Shown here piece by piece: positions 51,143 through 64,000 of a stretch of 64,000 nt of DNA. The first letter of the stretch is position 1. Every line of letters starts with the position of its first letter. A model generated the notes under the pieces. It worked only from the letters and a program-made list of their open reading frames with translations. It ran no database searches and had not been told where the DNA came from. This DNA is from Epiperipatus broadwayi (Eukaryota > Animalia > Onychophora). The position numbers and the translations under genes are program-made. Location of the stretch: positions 14,942,001-15,006,000 of the forward strand of contig JAQFVV010000003.1 in the NCBI GenBank assembly GCA_028023455.1. Reading direction: 5' to 3'.

Positions 51143-52234
51143 TTTGACATATGGAAAAAAAAATCATTCTTTTATTTCAAAAAATATTTAAATTGATTCA
51201 AATGATTAAATCAATAACAATTTAAGCAAATCCCTGGTAAATATTTTTTTAAATCTCATCACAGAATAACATATTTGAGTTATTTTAAAACAATTACTAC
51301 TAAATTATTTTTTTTATAAACTATATTCAAAACATTGAACATTTTAAGTATTATTCATTGAATTAAAAAAGTGTAGATGAATAATAATCATATTATAAAT
51401 CTAGGAATCTAGAGATAATTTTTTTATTTTATTCATTTTAAATTAAAAACCTGTCTATTAAATTAATATCATATTTGATACTTTCTTCATGAGAATGCCA
51501 ATAATCATTCCAAAGATTGTGATAATAAAATAGAAAAAGTAAAAGTGATTGAATGTTCCTGTTTAATACCAGGTTTTATTTCAAATATCCCATATCTGTA
51601 ATCACCATCAATAATATTTTTCTGTATACCATTATGTAGAAGTTGCATTTTTAAAAGTCTCAATTAATTATGTTAAATGCCTTGTCTAAATTAATAAAAA
51701 TATTATAGATGTTTCATCTTTACTTAGTTTTTTCTGGATTTTTCTAGAAACAAAAACACTATGTAAGGTTTTCACATTACGTTTCTCACAAATTTCCAAC
51801 ATATTCCATAAAATCATTGAGAAATACTTTTTTGTAGTAGATAGTGATGTTATTCCATGTTAATTTCTGCAGTCTTTTTTTTACACTTTATTTTATAAAT
51901 ATGTATCAATAGAAATATATTTAGGTTTAGATAATCCCAAACCTTTTGGTTTCATTTAAAAAAACATTAGTTTTTAATCAACTAATCAACTGAGATTGAC
52001 AGAATAACTTAATTGGTTAGAGCATTGCCTTAAAATTCAATATTTGAGAGTCTAAAAATGTTAAATTTGACTCTAGTCAAACCAGCAACACATAAAGAAG
52101 GGTGGAGAATAATATTACTCAAAATGTTATAGATATAATAAATACCACTCGAAATGTTATAGATATAATAAACACCTTCATACTTCCCCATTCTTTTTAA
52201 ATTCATTTTAATAAAGATATAATAAAAAACAAAT

Positions 52235-52410
52235 AACCCCCAAGATGCATTTAGTGCTGAACCAGCACTCATCAGTTGGCCCAGGTCACCATCTCTCATA
52301 TATAATATATCTTTATTATATGAAAATTATTTATCGAGAGCAAATTGCTACATTTTCATTTACCATTGTCAAACTTCCTCCACTCACAACTTTGACGCCA
52401 TCCATTTCTG
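52235..52410 (-). mobile_element. Family C-related fragment with HHR relic at 52235-52287 (G12U)
   Basis: Minus strand GACC-TGGG-CCAA CTGATGA GTGCT-GGTTC-AGCAC TAAA TGCA TC TTGG GGTT; upstream sequence resembles 6690-6780. Confidence 0.7.
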
Positions 52411-54384
52411 ATAAATTCAATAATGATTATTACTAATCATTTTCAAAACTAGAGATTATCTCTAGCACAGATATAAACTTTAAATATAGCCTGTCTTGTC
52501 CATTTGTGTGTTATTACTAACAATTTGTATGTATTTGAAAAGTTTAAATAAAGTTTAAAATTGTCTGTATATTAAACATTTAATGATAGATGATGAAAAT
52601 TATCCAACATATCACATATCACCACCGTTGTTAAGATTATAAAGAAGTATTTACTCTGATAATATGGATTTGTCATTAAATGTAGTCTTGCAATTTTTAT
52701 ATTATTATTAAAAAAATAATCAGCATATTTTTTATATCACTTAAAATTATTTTTATTATAATATAAAAGAATGTCATCTATTGATTTAATAGGATTATAT
52801 AATTTATTAGTTTTAATGTTTTAAAAAAAGTTAGTAAAAAGCTGTACTTTTTTTACCTTTATCTACTAATTACTTCCAAGTCTTTTGTAATTGAACTTAT
52901 TTTCTTAAAGTCTTTATATTGTTCTGCATTCATTATATTATTCATTCAAATTTCAAATATTTTTCAATCAAGTTACTAATAAAATGATAAGCGCCAGTAA
53001 AAATAAAAATCTTTAGTTCAATAATACATATAAACGAATTTAATTCTCTTCCCCAAGCATGTTACTGTATATATACTTATATTTATGTTTCATATATTAG
53101 TTTTCAGAATCATCTCAAACTTATGATGATGATAAAAAGGGGTGAATATTGTCATGGGTACTTTTGTTTTAGTACTAAATTAAAAACAAATGATATCATA
53201 GGTATTTTTAAAAGCATGGATTGAAAAAAATATCAGAATTTAGACTTATATCTAATTTGAATGAAATATTAAAATGATATATATTACTATTTTATTAATG
53301 TTGTTTATTTTTGGAATGATAAAAATTATTTTTATGTAGCCCACTTCAGGATAACGGCCATTTTAATATCTTTATAATAGAAAAAGTGAATGAAAATAAT
53401 TTTCAAAAGGTTTGTCAAATGATAACGGGTTATAATTTATTATTTTTATTCTCCATATATAAATGATAAAATATATTTTTACCAACCATCAATTAGATGC
53501 CTAGCTATATTGTCTATGTGGATTACTATTTTCAGGTATCTTCAAGTTTACATGAATATGAACTTTTTATCATGATCATGACAATACTGCTCATGAGGCT
53601 TTGCCGATTGTAACGAAATTATTAATAGATATTGATCTACTTCCATTTTCATGGAGTGTTACATGCTAAATATTTGTATAAAATAATTACTGTTAACGAT
53701 ATTATTAAATATTTTAAAAAGTGTTTATAAAATTTTAAATTTATGAAATAAATAAAAGAAAATAATCATATTTTTTTATTACTGATATTTTTTTTCTAAG
53801 TTAAAATTTTTACACATTTTTTTTCAACTCTAAAAATATATATGCTGTAGAATAAAAAATATACATATATTTATTGATTTATTGTTTTTCAACAACAGCA
53901 GTACAGCAGCAGCAACAACAAAAAAACTGCCTTGTTTTTGGAATAATCAAATTTTGATTTAAAAAATAGTTCTTAGTTTAAGAATAATTTATTTTTGTAC
54001 AGAACAGTTTTGGGTTATATTTCGGTCATCTTTAATTGCCAAAAATGATTTCAAATTTTTTATGCATTGGGTGTGGACACGACCAGCATCAAATTAATGC
54101 AAAAAATATAACTCAAGTTCAAACAGTTGTTACAAGCTAAAACTAAAAATGATTTTATTTATTTAGAAACATTTTACTCCCGAATTGGTTAGTCTCAGTA
54201 TAGCCAACGTTCAGTAGATTTCTAATTCATACAGAAATTTCAAGTAAACGAAAAGCCATTACTCAAAATACAAATGAAAAATAGAAAAATGATTAAGAGA
54301 TACAAAGCTTAAATAATTGCAATTTATTGAATATGTTCAAATACGACTTTCTTATTTTTCTAGATAAAAATTTAAGAGCATTAT

Positions 54385-54840
<456 letters not shown>

Positions 54841-57123
54841 AATTGCCTATCTACCTATATATTTATCTACCTACCTGTTTCTTTGTCTGTCTATCTATCC
54901 ATCTATCTCTTTATGAGCCTATATGACTATATATCTATTACTGATACACCTGTTTTGCCAAAACCTTTTATCAAATAAAAGAATAAAGCCTTTAAAACTA
55001 CATAAAAATATTTGATGAAATCTCATGCTGATAAAAAAAAATAACAATTTAACTTATTTTCAACCACTTAAAAAAATTTTTTTTGAGAGAACTGAAATTC
55101 ACAAAATCTTTTAAATACCATCCAAATAAGTTAATAATGAGTTTCAAGCTTCTTACAACATTTTGCTACTGAAATCAGAAAAACTGCTTATTATTAATAA
55201 AAAAAAAAACTAATTCTACTGGCTGCAAATGACTTAATATTAAATTTTTTTATTATCAATAAGTACAAAGCAAAGCAGAATTGATGAAATGTCTCAAAGA
55301 TGCTCATTATATATTTAAAAGTATGCCAGTTCTCCAAATTTTCTTGAAAAGTTAACTTTGGCAAGAAATTATGCCTTACTTATAGCTTATGTGCAATCCA
55401 TAAAACAAAAAACTTTGTGAAAATTGTTATTTGCTAAAAATTTGAGAACCAATAATATATGCATCTGAAGTGAGTTGCTATTGAAGGTGATCTAGCAATA
55501 ATAGAGTAGTTCAAACATTTTTTTGCATATTGATGATTACAAATGTTATTTTCTATACATCGTGACATTCATCATCAATATTTGAGTTAATATCTATATA
55601 GGTAAAGTAACAACAACATAAGAAGCAATTCATTAAGCAACAAATTGTTTGAACACTTCGTATTGAAAATAAAAAAATAATTCAATAACTTACTGCTTAA
55701 TCAAAAGTTTATTGGTTATTAAAAGATACCTAACACAAATGATGCATTATTGGCTAAGTTGATTGATTCCAAAAATAATCTTATTTGATAGACTTGTTTA
55801 TAAATTTGGTGAATGAAATATCACATAGTTCTATTTCATAACTTCAGTCTACATATTGCTGTTTTAACAGCATATTTTTTTAATCATCTTTATCTCACTA
55901 TAACTTTTAATAAGTAATAATTATCTGATATCTATAATAGCATACTAAAGCTTATATTAATGGATAGAGTAGGTGAAAAAATATGGTGCTAAAATAACAA
56001 TATGTAATCTGATGTCATATGATATAATATTAGTTTATATCAACTTCTAGTTACAGGATAGGTAAGTTTATATTTATTAAAAAATTAAGGACACCATACT
56101 GTATAGAAATTGACCTAGTGGCTAATTGGCTTAAATTGGAAATATATGTTTTCAGTTTGGACTAAAAAAGAAATAAATAATAGCATTTGAGAAAAATGTG
56201 CATTACATCTAAATGTCAAGGTGAATTAATTCAATATTTGGAGCTTCATCAGCTTGAAACTACTTGAAGGATATTGGATAAAATAGCACAGGATATGAAC
56301 CTATTAAGATTATCATTTGGCATATATTATTATTTACTCAAGCTTATAACAAGGGGCATAAAGATAGTGAACAAATATGCTGCTAAAATTTAATGAAAAA
56401 AATGCATAAGTTCAGGAGGATAAGCTAAAATTAATTAAAATAAAAACTGTTATTTTCTGCATTTGTGGTAAATTTTCTTTTGAATAAAGTTTATTATGAA
56501 AGGAATTGAGCCAGTTTTTCAAATTTATCAATAGTAGAAAAGAAGACTTGCTCACTTATTATCAGAATTTGAAGACTCTTCTCACTTCAATCAACAATTT
56601 GAAGATATTATTAAAGTGAACATACACAGTTGGAATTTGGATTTTTTTTTAAACATAAACACAGAAGCATCTCCAAAACTCCAAAAAAAAAAAAAAAAAC
56701 AGAAGTAACACCAAAGAGGAATCAAAATTGTTAATTCAAAGATAGCTACCAACAATTTTGGTTGCAAAAACAAATACAACACTTTAATCTATTAACTAAA
56801 AGAAAATAAATTGTAAATAGTTAATCGTAGTGAGTTAAGAACTCTACTAAAAAAAATAGAACTGAACATAAATTAAGGTTCATTCTTTTTATTATGATTA
56901 TTTTTAAAACTATCCATGATTATTAATTTAATATTATCCTTCATTAGTTTAATTTTATGCATGTGAAATGACTGTTACTATGGTTGATTTAAAAAAATAA
57001 TTTATAACTTCAAGCTTCAAGATGACTTATTTATAAGAACACCTTTTTTATATTATGTTGCAGGTCATATATAAAAGAAATATAATAATTACTCTTTCCT
57101 ATTGCGTTGCCAAATGTATACCA

Positions 57124-57362
57124 TATAATACTCAATTGTCTAAATACTTTACTACTTTTACAGTATTTTATCATCTACCCTTTTCTACTGTTTACAGTAG
57201 AATGTAAATTATATGTTCATGTATATTTATATTCATATATTTGTATTATGTTGTAGTTCTGAAGAAGATTGATGGGGAAATTGAACTGTAAATGGTAGAG
57301 AAGGGTGGAAAATAAAGCATTGTAAAAATAGTAAAGTGTTTGAACAATTGAGTATTATATCA
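57124..57362. repeat. Decayed fold-back, ~80-bp arms
   Basis: ATATAATACTCAATTGT...TACCCTTTTCTAC...TTACAGT is inverted at ~57285-57362. Confidence 0.7.
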
Positions 57363-60300
57363 TATATAAAAGTATAGATGGATAAAAGAACATAAATTTG
57401 TCATTGCAACTTTCTTGTTTGTTCACTTAAAGAAGACATCTTTCTCCTTGTTTGTTTAAAAAAGATAGATTTTCAGGGACGTGATGAGTAATTTGTTTTT
57501 TGAAAAGGGGATGGTATGCCAAAATGATTTTGAGAACTTTTGATCAGGTGTTTATTGAGACTTGCTCTTATAAAAAATGACTCTGAAATAGAATAATTAG
57601 AATGAATTGCATAACAACTGCTTAATATAATAAACTGACATTTTCTTCACTAATGTTAGCATAAAATTGTAGAACGCTGCCCAGAATAAGTTAGTGTCAA
57701 TCAAGGAATCATGTAGTGGGCTAATAACTGGTATAATTATTAAATTATTGACAAAAATAAACAACAATATTATTTAAAGTGTGAACCGTTTTACCCTATA
57801 ATAACTCGCTATCATAGTGCAATCAGTCAAGTTGTCTTACATAAATAAATCGATTTACTTTTTTATATATTTTTGAATATCATATTAAGTCTAAGTGTAA
57901 TTCGTTTTAATTCTAGAAATAAAATTGGTAATTTTACTTTTATAAATAAATTTATTCTTAAACACTCGCGTCTGTTCTCATCATTTAGACTTTAGATATT
58001 GAATTTTTCTATTTTTTTAAAGTGGCAAAATTATTCTGACCTATAAGAGGTACCCATTTAAAAATCATTATGCTTCAACTACTTTATACTGCTTAATGGA
58101 ACAATTTTAGCTTACTCGAGAGATTTCTTGGAGATATCTTTAACTTTCTTACCAAAGATAGTTAGTTAGCTAGTTATCTTTTACATTTTTAGTCTTGATT
58201 TTCTGAAAGCTAACGTAAATGTTTGAATAGTTGATAATTTCACAAAATGTTCATTTAAAAATTAGTTGAATAGTTGATTTTTTAAATATATAATTTATTA
58301 AATATTTTATTCAGTATTTTCTTTATAAATATGTTATCTGTTAGATTATTGTAAACCACCCATTTATTATTGATCACTTGCCATTTTATAGAAATGGTTA
58401 ATTTTGTGCTTGAAAGTTTATTGGATGCAAATTATATAAAAATTATTCATACTGCTTTGATTAAATATTTTTGTGTAATTAATAAATGATGTAATTGCTT
58501 AAATAATAGAGTAAGAAGATGTTCATATTATTGATTAAGAAAATTACCCAACACCATGCTTATGAATGTATATATAAAAATTAAAAAGGTTTGTAAATAG
58601 TCCACTGAAGAGCAAAGACTTTTTCAACAATTTTTCATAGAAGAATAGGGAGAAAAAAAAACATGATCAATTCTTGAGGATTTGAATATTTTAAAAATAT
58701 CTTTTTTTCATAGAGCTAAGAATACTTAGATACCCATTTATCGATCAATATTGGATGATTTGGTGTTTGGTTGTAGAACAGTTACATAAAAAAATATTCT
58801 AAGACTAATTAGAAGCTGAAAAAATTTCAAGTTTTTCTGATTCAGGTTCAAATATAGATTGCAAACATGCCAGGTCTGTGCTACTGCTTGAATTGATTTT
58901 AATTATGTAAAATGAGGTAACATTTTATTATCTCTTTGTGAGATTTGATCCATACATTATCATTGTTCCTTGCATCTAAATCTTTTTACCCAAATCAATA
59001 ATTTGAAAAGATAATGCAATTTTACTATATTTACAAAGTATGCTGGTTAGACAACCTTTCTATTGCTACCCAGCAAGAAACATATATTAGTAATATCAAA
59101 TTGTTATAAGTTTGACTGCAGTAAATATTATGAATTACAACAATGCATTTAATTATGTCATGACTTCTTATGACTAATCATTATACTCTTCTGTAATACT
59201 TCTTGAACATTTATAAGTATCTTTTTTGTTTACTTATTCAACATAAGTTATTGAATTTAATGTTTTTATTTTATGTTATGCATTCTATATAGACTAGTAT
59301 TCCATGTTTTCTTATTATCTTTAGCCCTATTTTAAATATTATTTTGAAAATATCTTTCATCATTTTTTGATGTTTGATTTAGTTGAATAATATTCTAAAT
59401 AAAATACATTATTTATATTATTACAATGTTTAGGTTAAAATTATAAAATGACCATCCCTTGATTTATATACATTATTTTTCCATTAAAAACTTTGCTTCT
59501 ATAAACAAGTCATTTCAGAAATTTGATTCCTTTTTTTCAATACGTATATATTTAATAAAGTAGATTTATATAAAAAAAAATTTAAAAATATGTAAAAAGC
59601 ATTTAAAACTTAAAATGGTGTTTTAAATATTACCATGCTAAAAAGTATAACTAATAGCAATCATTTCTATCTTACAGAAGTAGGAAATGATGAATGAGTG
59701 CTATCAATAATAAAGCAGAGGTCAAAATGTAAGACTGATAATAATTTCCCCCATGTACATGAATAGTAAGATAACTTTAACCTATTATAAATATTTTTTA
59801 AGCATAACCTTTAATTATTATAAATGGATATACTATAATCAAAATGGAATTAAACTACTCTTTTACAATCTATGAAAAAATAACTTTCTCTATGTTAGCA
59901 AATGATAAAGAATAGAAAGAACCATCTTTTCTTTTAAGCTCGTGATTTAATTGTTACATGTGCATATGCAAATATAATTGAAATAGAATTAAACTAATTT
60001 TAGAAAAGCTATGGATGAGTAATTTAAAAAACAATGAAAAATAGAATGGATTGCCTTTCGTTTAAGCTTATGATTTTAGGAAGCTTTCATTAGCTAAAAT
60101 TGTTACAAATTCAGAAAGCAAATATATTAGCCAGATGTATATTAAATATAGCACATATTTTAAACTTGCTATCAATTATACAAAGATAGGGGATTAAGTT
60201 TTACTTTTAATAATCCTTGTTTTATTAATCAAATAGAAGCAAATAAGTATAACTTAACATATATAAAATTGAAATGAAGAAAACTACTCTTCTGAGACTT

Positions 60301-61215
60301 ATGAATAAATAGCTCTCTTTATGTTGGCAAATAATACAGAACAGACCATGCATTCGTTAAAGTTAGCAATGTTAGTAAGTTTTTGTTTGCTAATGTTGGA
60401 AATTCACAGTGAAAGTATTATATTAATCAGATGTAAATATGATATTAATAATTTTGAATTTATAATTAATTATACAAAAGATAGACTGAATCTCAGTTTT
60501 AATGTCTTATGTTATTAATAGCTTATGGGGCAGTGATTTATTTCTATTTTGATTTTATATGAGTTAAGATATACTATTTGATACTTATATTTACTAACTT
60601 TTATTTGAACACCAGGGGTGTTAAAAGTGAGATCCAGTTTCTATTTCTTATGTAACTGATTTAAGTTCAAAATTATTAATGTCTTATTTACATCTAATTA
60701 AAATATTATTTCCACAATAAATATTCAACAGTATTAGCCAATGAAAGCTTATTGACATCACATATTAAAAAACAGGTAGTTCATTTTATTCTTTATCATT
60801 TATTAATATAGAGTAGGTTATTTATTCATAGCTCAAAAGAGTATAGATAAATGGGTGTCTAAAATATACCTTTATTATATGATTGAACTTAATTTGTACC
60901 ACTGTATATCTGAATATTCTTTCAGTTTTGTGCACTATAAGCTTCATATTAATAGTTGTCATATCAAAATAATATAAAAATATATTATGCCATTAAGTAG
61001 TCACTGGTGGGGCACTGATATAATCTTTTTTGAATGTATAATATGTCATACTTCTTTGATTTTTCTTCTATCATTATACTCTTCATAAATAATTTTAATA
61101 TTAAATGATTGAAAACATTTCTCATAATTCTATCATAATTAAAATACTGAATTACAATTTGTACTATTCTTGATCCATCTCTGTCAATGTACATACTGAG
61201 TCAATCTTGTGTAAC

Positions 61216-61218
<3 letters not shown>

Positions 61219-61308
<90 letters not shown>
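61219..61308. repeat. (TA)n microsatellite
   Basis: TA run seen directly. Confidence 0.98.
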
Positions 61309-61314
<6 letters not shown>

Positions 61315-61699
61315 GGTTCAAATGTGTTGGCATAGGGTAATATCTAAAAGCTAAAACAATTAGAAATAGTTCAACAAATACTATTTAATATTTTTTAAGT
61401 AATTCATTTTTAGATATGTACAATGTTTGACATTATCTATTTAATTAAAGTTAAAAATGGAGTGAATAGAAATGCATACAGATTGTTGATCCAGATAAAA
61501 GAAAGACATTCCAAATGTAAATGATTACAATCAGAGTTTACCAATAATTAAATATGGCTCCTAATAAATTTATATAAAAAAGGAGAATTTAGTAGCTAAA
61601 ATGAAAAAAGAATGTACAAAACTTGCCTTCTGATAACAAAACAAAAGATAAAAAAAATATATGCACAGAGAAATCTCAAAACTGGTTGATAATATAAAA

Positions 61700-61940
61700 A
61701 GAAGCAAATAACTTCAAGCAAGGCTTTGTCTTGTTCTTTTGGCTGGCTGTTTTCTGTGGGTCCTGGATAGAAAAATTGCCTCTATCCAGGACTACTCTAT
61801 GCTGATATAAGTTGCCATGCAGGAGTGGAAATCAGAGTGTATGCACACACCTTCTTTCATCATAATGAGGCCACTCCAAAAAACTTTCAAGTCTAATCTT
61901 AAAATGGACCAGGAACATGAAAATGTCAACAGAAGAAATT
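61700..61940 (+). mobile_element. Probable 5' end of a LINE (RTE-like): GC-richer leader with a 12-bp hairpin, then APE endonuclease start
   Basis: GGAACATGAAAATGTCAAC at ~61912-61930 resembles the APE N-terminal GTWNV motif; perfect hairpin at 61760-61792. Confidence 0.4.
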
Positions 61941-64000
61941 CTAAGAAATGCATGTATGCTTAATGATCTACAACATACATGAACTCATGCAACTTACTGG
62001 TAAGTTATTATTCTTACCATAACTTGTGTCTGATTCAATGATGCAAGCTAAACCAATTATAAGCTTATAATACTGATAGAGACATTTACTGTTTTATTAC
62101 TCAAGGAACTTTCATTTATTGCTGATTTGAGAATTGATAATTGTTTGAATTAATTATTTGATTAACATTATTATCTGGATAAGCATATGTATGTTTTTTC
62201 CAATTTATTAATAATTCTCCTTTAAATATTTTATTTTGTCTCAATAAAATATTTATCTTTAATATCAACTTTTCATTGTCGATTCTTAATTTTTGTTTAT
62301 TAGATTTTAACTATAAGAAATGCATAAATTACCTATGCCGTCGTTCATTTAATATACAAATGCTGGGGAAAATTCTTTAAAAAAATATCACATTTAGTTA
62401 TTTACTATGAAAATATAGTATGCAATGTGATAAGAATTAGTGGGTCTACATATCCCTGGAACCCTCTTAAACAAATTAAAACTAACTCCACTGCTAATTC
62501 AAAGTCTAATAAGTATTAGGTCAGTTAATCAGGAAATATAATTATGTTCTTGAAATATCTGAATCTCATACATGAACGAAATATTCCTTTTTAATAGTTT
62601 GATTAACTAACACTTTATAGCACATAAAATAAAACCTAATCTGTTGGAAAATGATATACTTGATAAAATGTTCTTTCAAATTTTACACCTTTAACTCTTT
62701 AGATATTAACAAAAGAAGAAGAAAGATCAAATAGATATGGCACTATTTCTCTGATGTTACATCTGTTAATAAACAGCCAAGGTCCTTAAGATATAAATGT
62801 GGTACATAGCAATGAAAGTTCAATCAACTATCTAAAAATAAAAGATTAATACCTATTGAATGTTGAAATAAAGTTGCATTAGATTATTATATAAAATAAT
62901 AGGCCAATATTATACATATATAATCTGATGAAAGTCATTTTGAAGGCAGATTATAAATTTTAAAAACGAGTTAGCATAATTTATCATACTTTCAACTCTG
63001 GATGTGTTATGATTGTGAGGCCAGTGTTTTAATAAAAATTACCTTGCTTATTTATTTTAAATTTTTTTTGGAATTTGATAAAATTGCATAACTTTCAGGC
63101 TAGAATTACTTAATTATTAAACAACACTGAATTTCTAGCTAAATTTATTATGAATCAATTATCTGAAAAAATTCTGGGCTTAGCTATAAACTCTCTGATT
63201 AAGTAAAATTTCTGCCCTTGATTACAAACATGACATTTCAAATACAAATATTTGAAATAAATTATTGCTGATTTATATGACATAAAAATATTTCTTCTGA
63301 TTATAAAGTAGGAAAAATCAGTAAATGAAAGGAATTCTGATTTATTAGTTTCTATTATACTAGTGGTACATCATATATCTACTTCTTTGGTTACTATCTG
63401 TAATTCAAAATCTTAAAAAGCCTTTAATTTGTGCTGGAAATCAATTGTGTTTTTTACAATAGTAAGTTTAAATTATTTATCTATGGCTGAGCTTATCATA
63501 ATTCTTTTTCATGGAAATAACATGTATTATTATTTTTTGACTAATGAATGATATATGTATTTTCAAAGATATTTTTTTATAAAAATGACACAAAATTTAT
63601 TTAAATATGCATACACACATCTATATGTAGGTAAAAGAAGTGCCATGATTTAATAATAACATAGTTACTTGACATGCCTGACCAGGGTTTAAATTCAGCT
63701 TATGCAATCTTAAATATTTTAATATTTTGAATTTTTCTTTCAAATAGTTGGCCACAATTAACTTAATTAATAATCTAATATTGATTGGTAAATGGGTGTC
63801 TCTCTATTCTTAGATTAAAATAAATAAGCAAAGTCATTTAATACATCACTATTCAGCAATTGGAAGAACATCTAATATGTTCCCCATTCTTTTTTATTGT
63901 TTATAAGCGCTGTCTGAAAGGCTTTACCATTCAGGGGATTATTTAATAGCTGTTTTAGCTATCATATATATTATGATAGTATGAACAAAGCTATTTAATA

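Noticed and set aside
53530-53670. Possible exon after TTTTCAG with retained CpGs
   Set aside because: All three plus-strand frames reach a stop within about 100 nt of the acceptor and no homology was recognised.
56050-56400. Possible APE endonuclease remnant (TQAY)
   Set aside because: Only one weak motif; cannot be supported without a profile search.
62915-62960. CTGATGA-AAG-TCAT-TTT-GAAG hammerhead-like string
   Set aside because: GAAG instead of GAAA, and no stem III or NUH triplet.

Overview
Very AT-rich, strongly CpG-depleted eukaryotic (animal-like) DNA. I find no intact host protein-coding gene. The window is mostly old and young repeats: Penelope-like elements (PLEs), a decayed Ty3/Gypsy element, RTE and L1/Tx1 LINE fragments, a hAT MITE, a tRNA-Gly relic and microsatellites. 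The main result, from folding by eye, is a dense set of type I hammerhead ribozyme (HHR) motifs in at least four repeat families. Family A is a young ~400-bp retrozyme-like tandem array at 7977-9744 with five HHR copies, nested in a hAT MITE. Family B is a related ~420-bp family at 20.6-21.3 kb and 38.7-39.1 kb whose copies share an atypical U at core position 9. Families C and D are fold-back elements with an HHR in each arm. The HHR-bearing fold-backs, the array and the PLE at 1-2.5 kb share one layout: two copies fused head-to-head with 3' ends pointing outward. This suggests a PLE-driven system that mobilises small self-cleaving RNAs and writes palindromes into the genome. No ribozyme activity, identity value or database match was computed, and some repeat boundaries are approximate.
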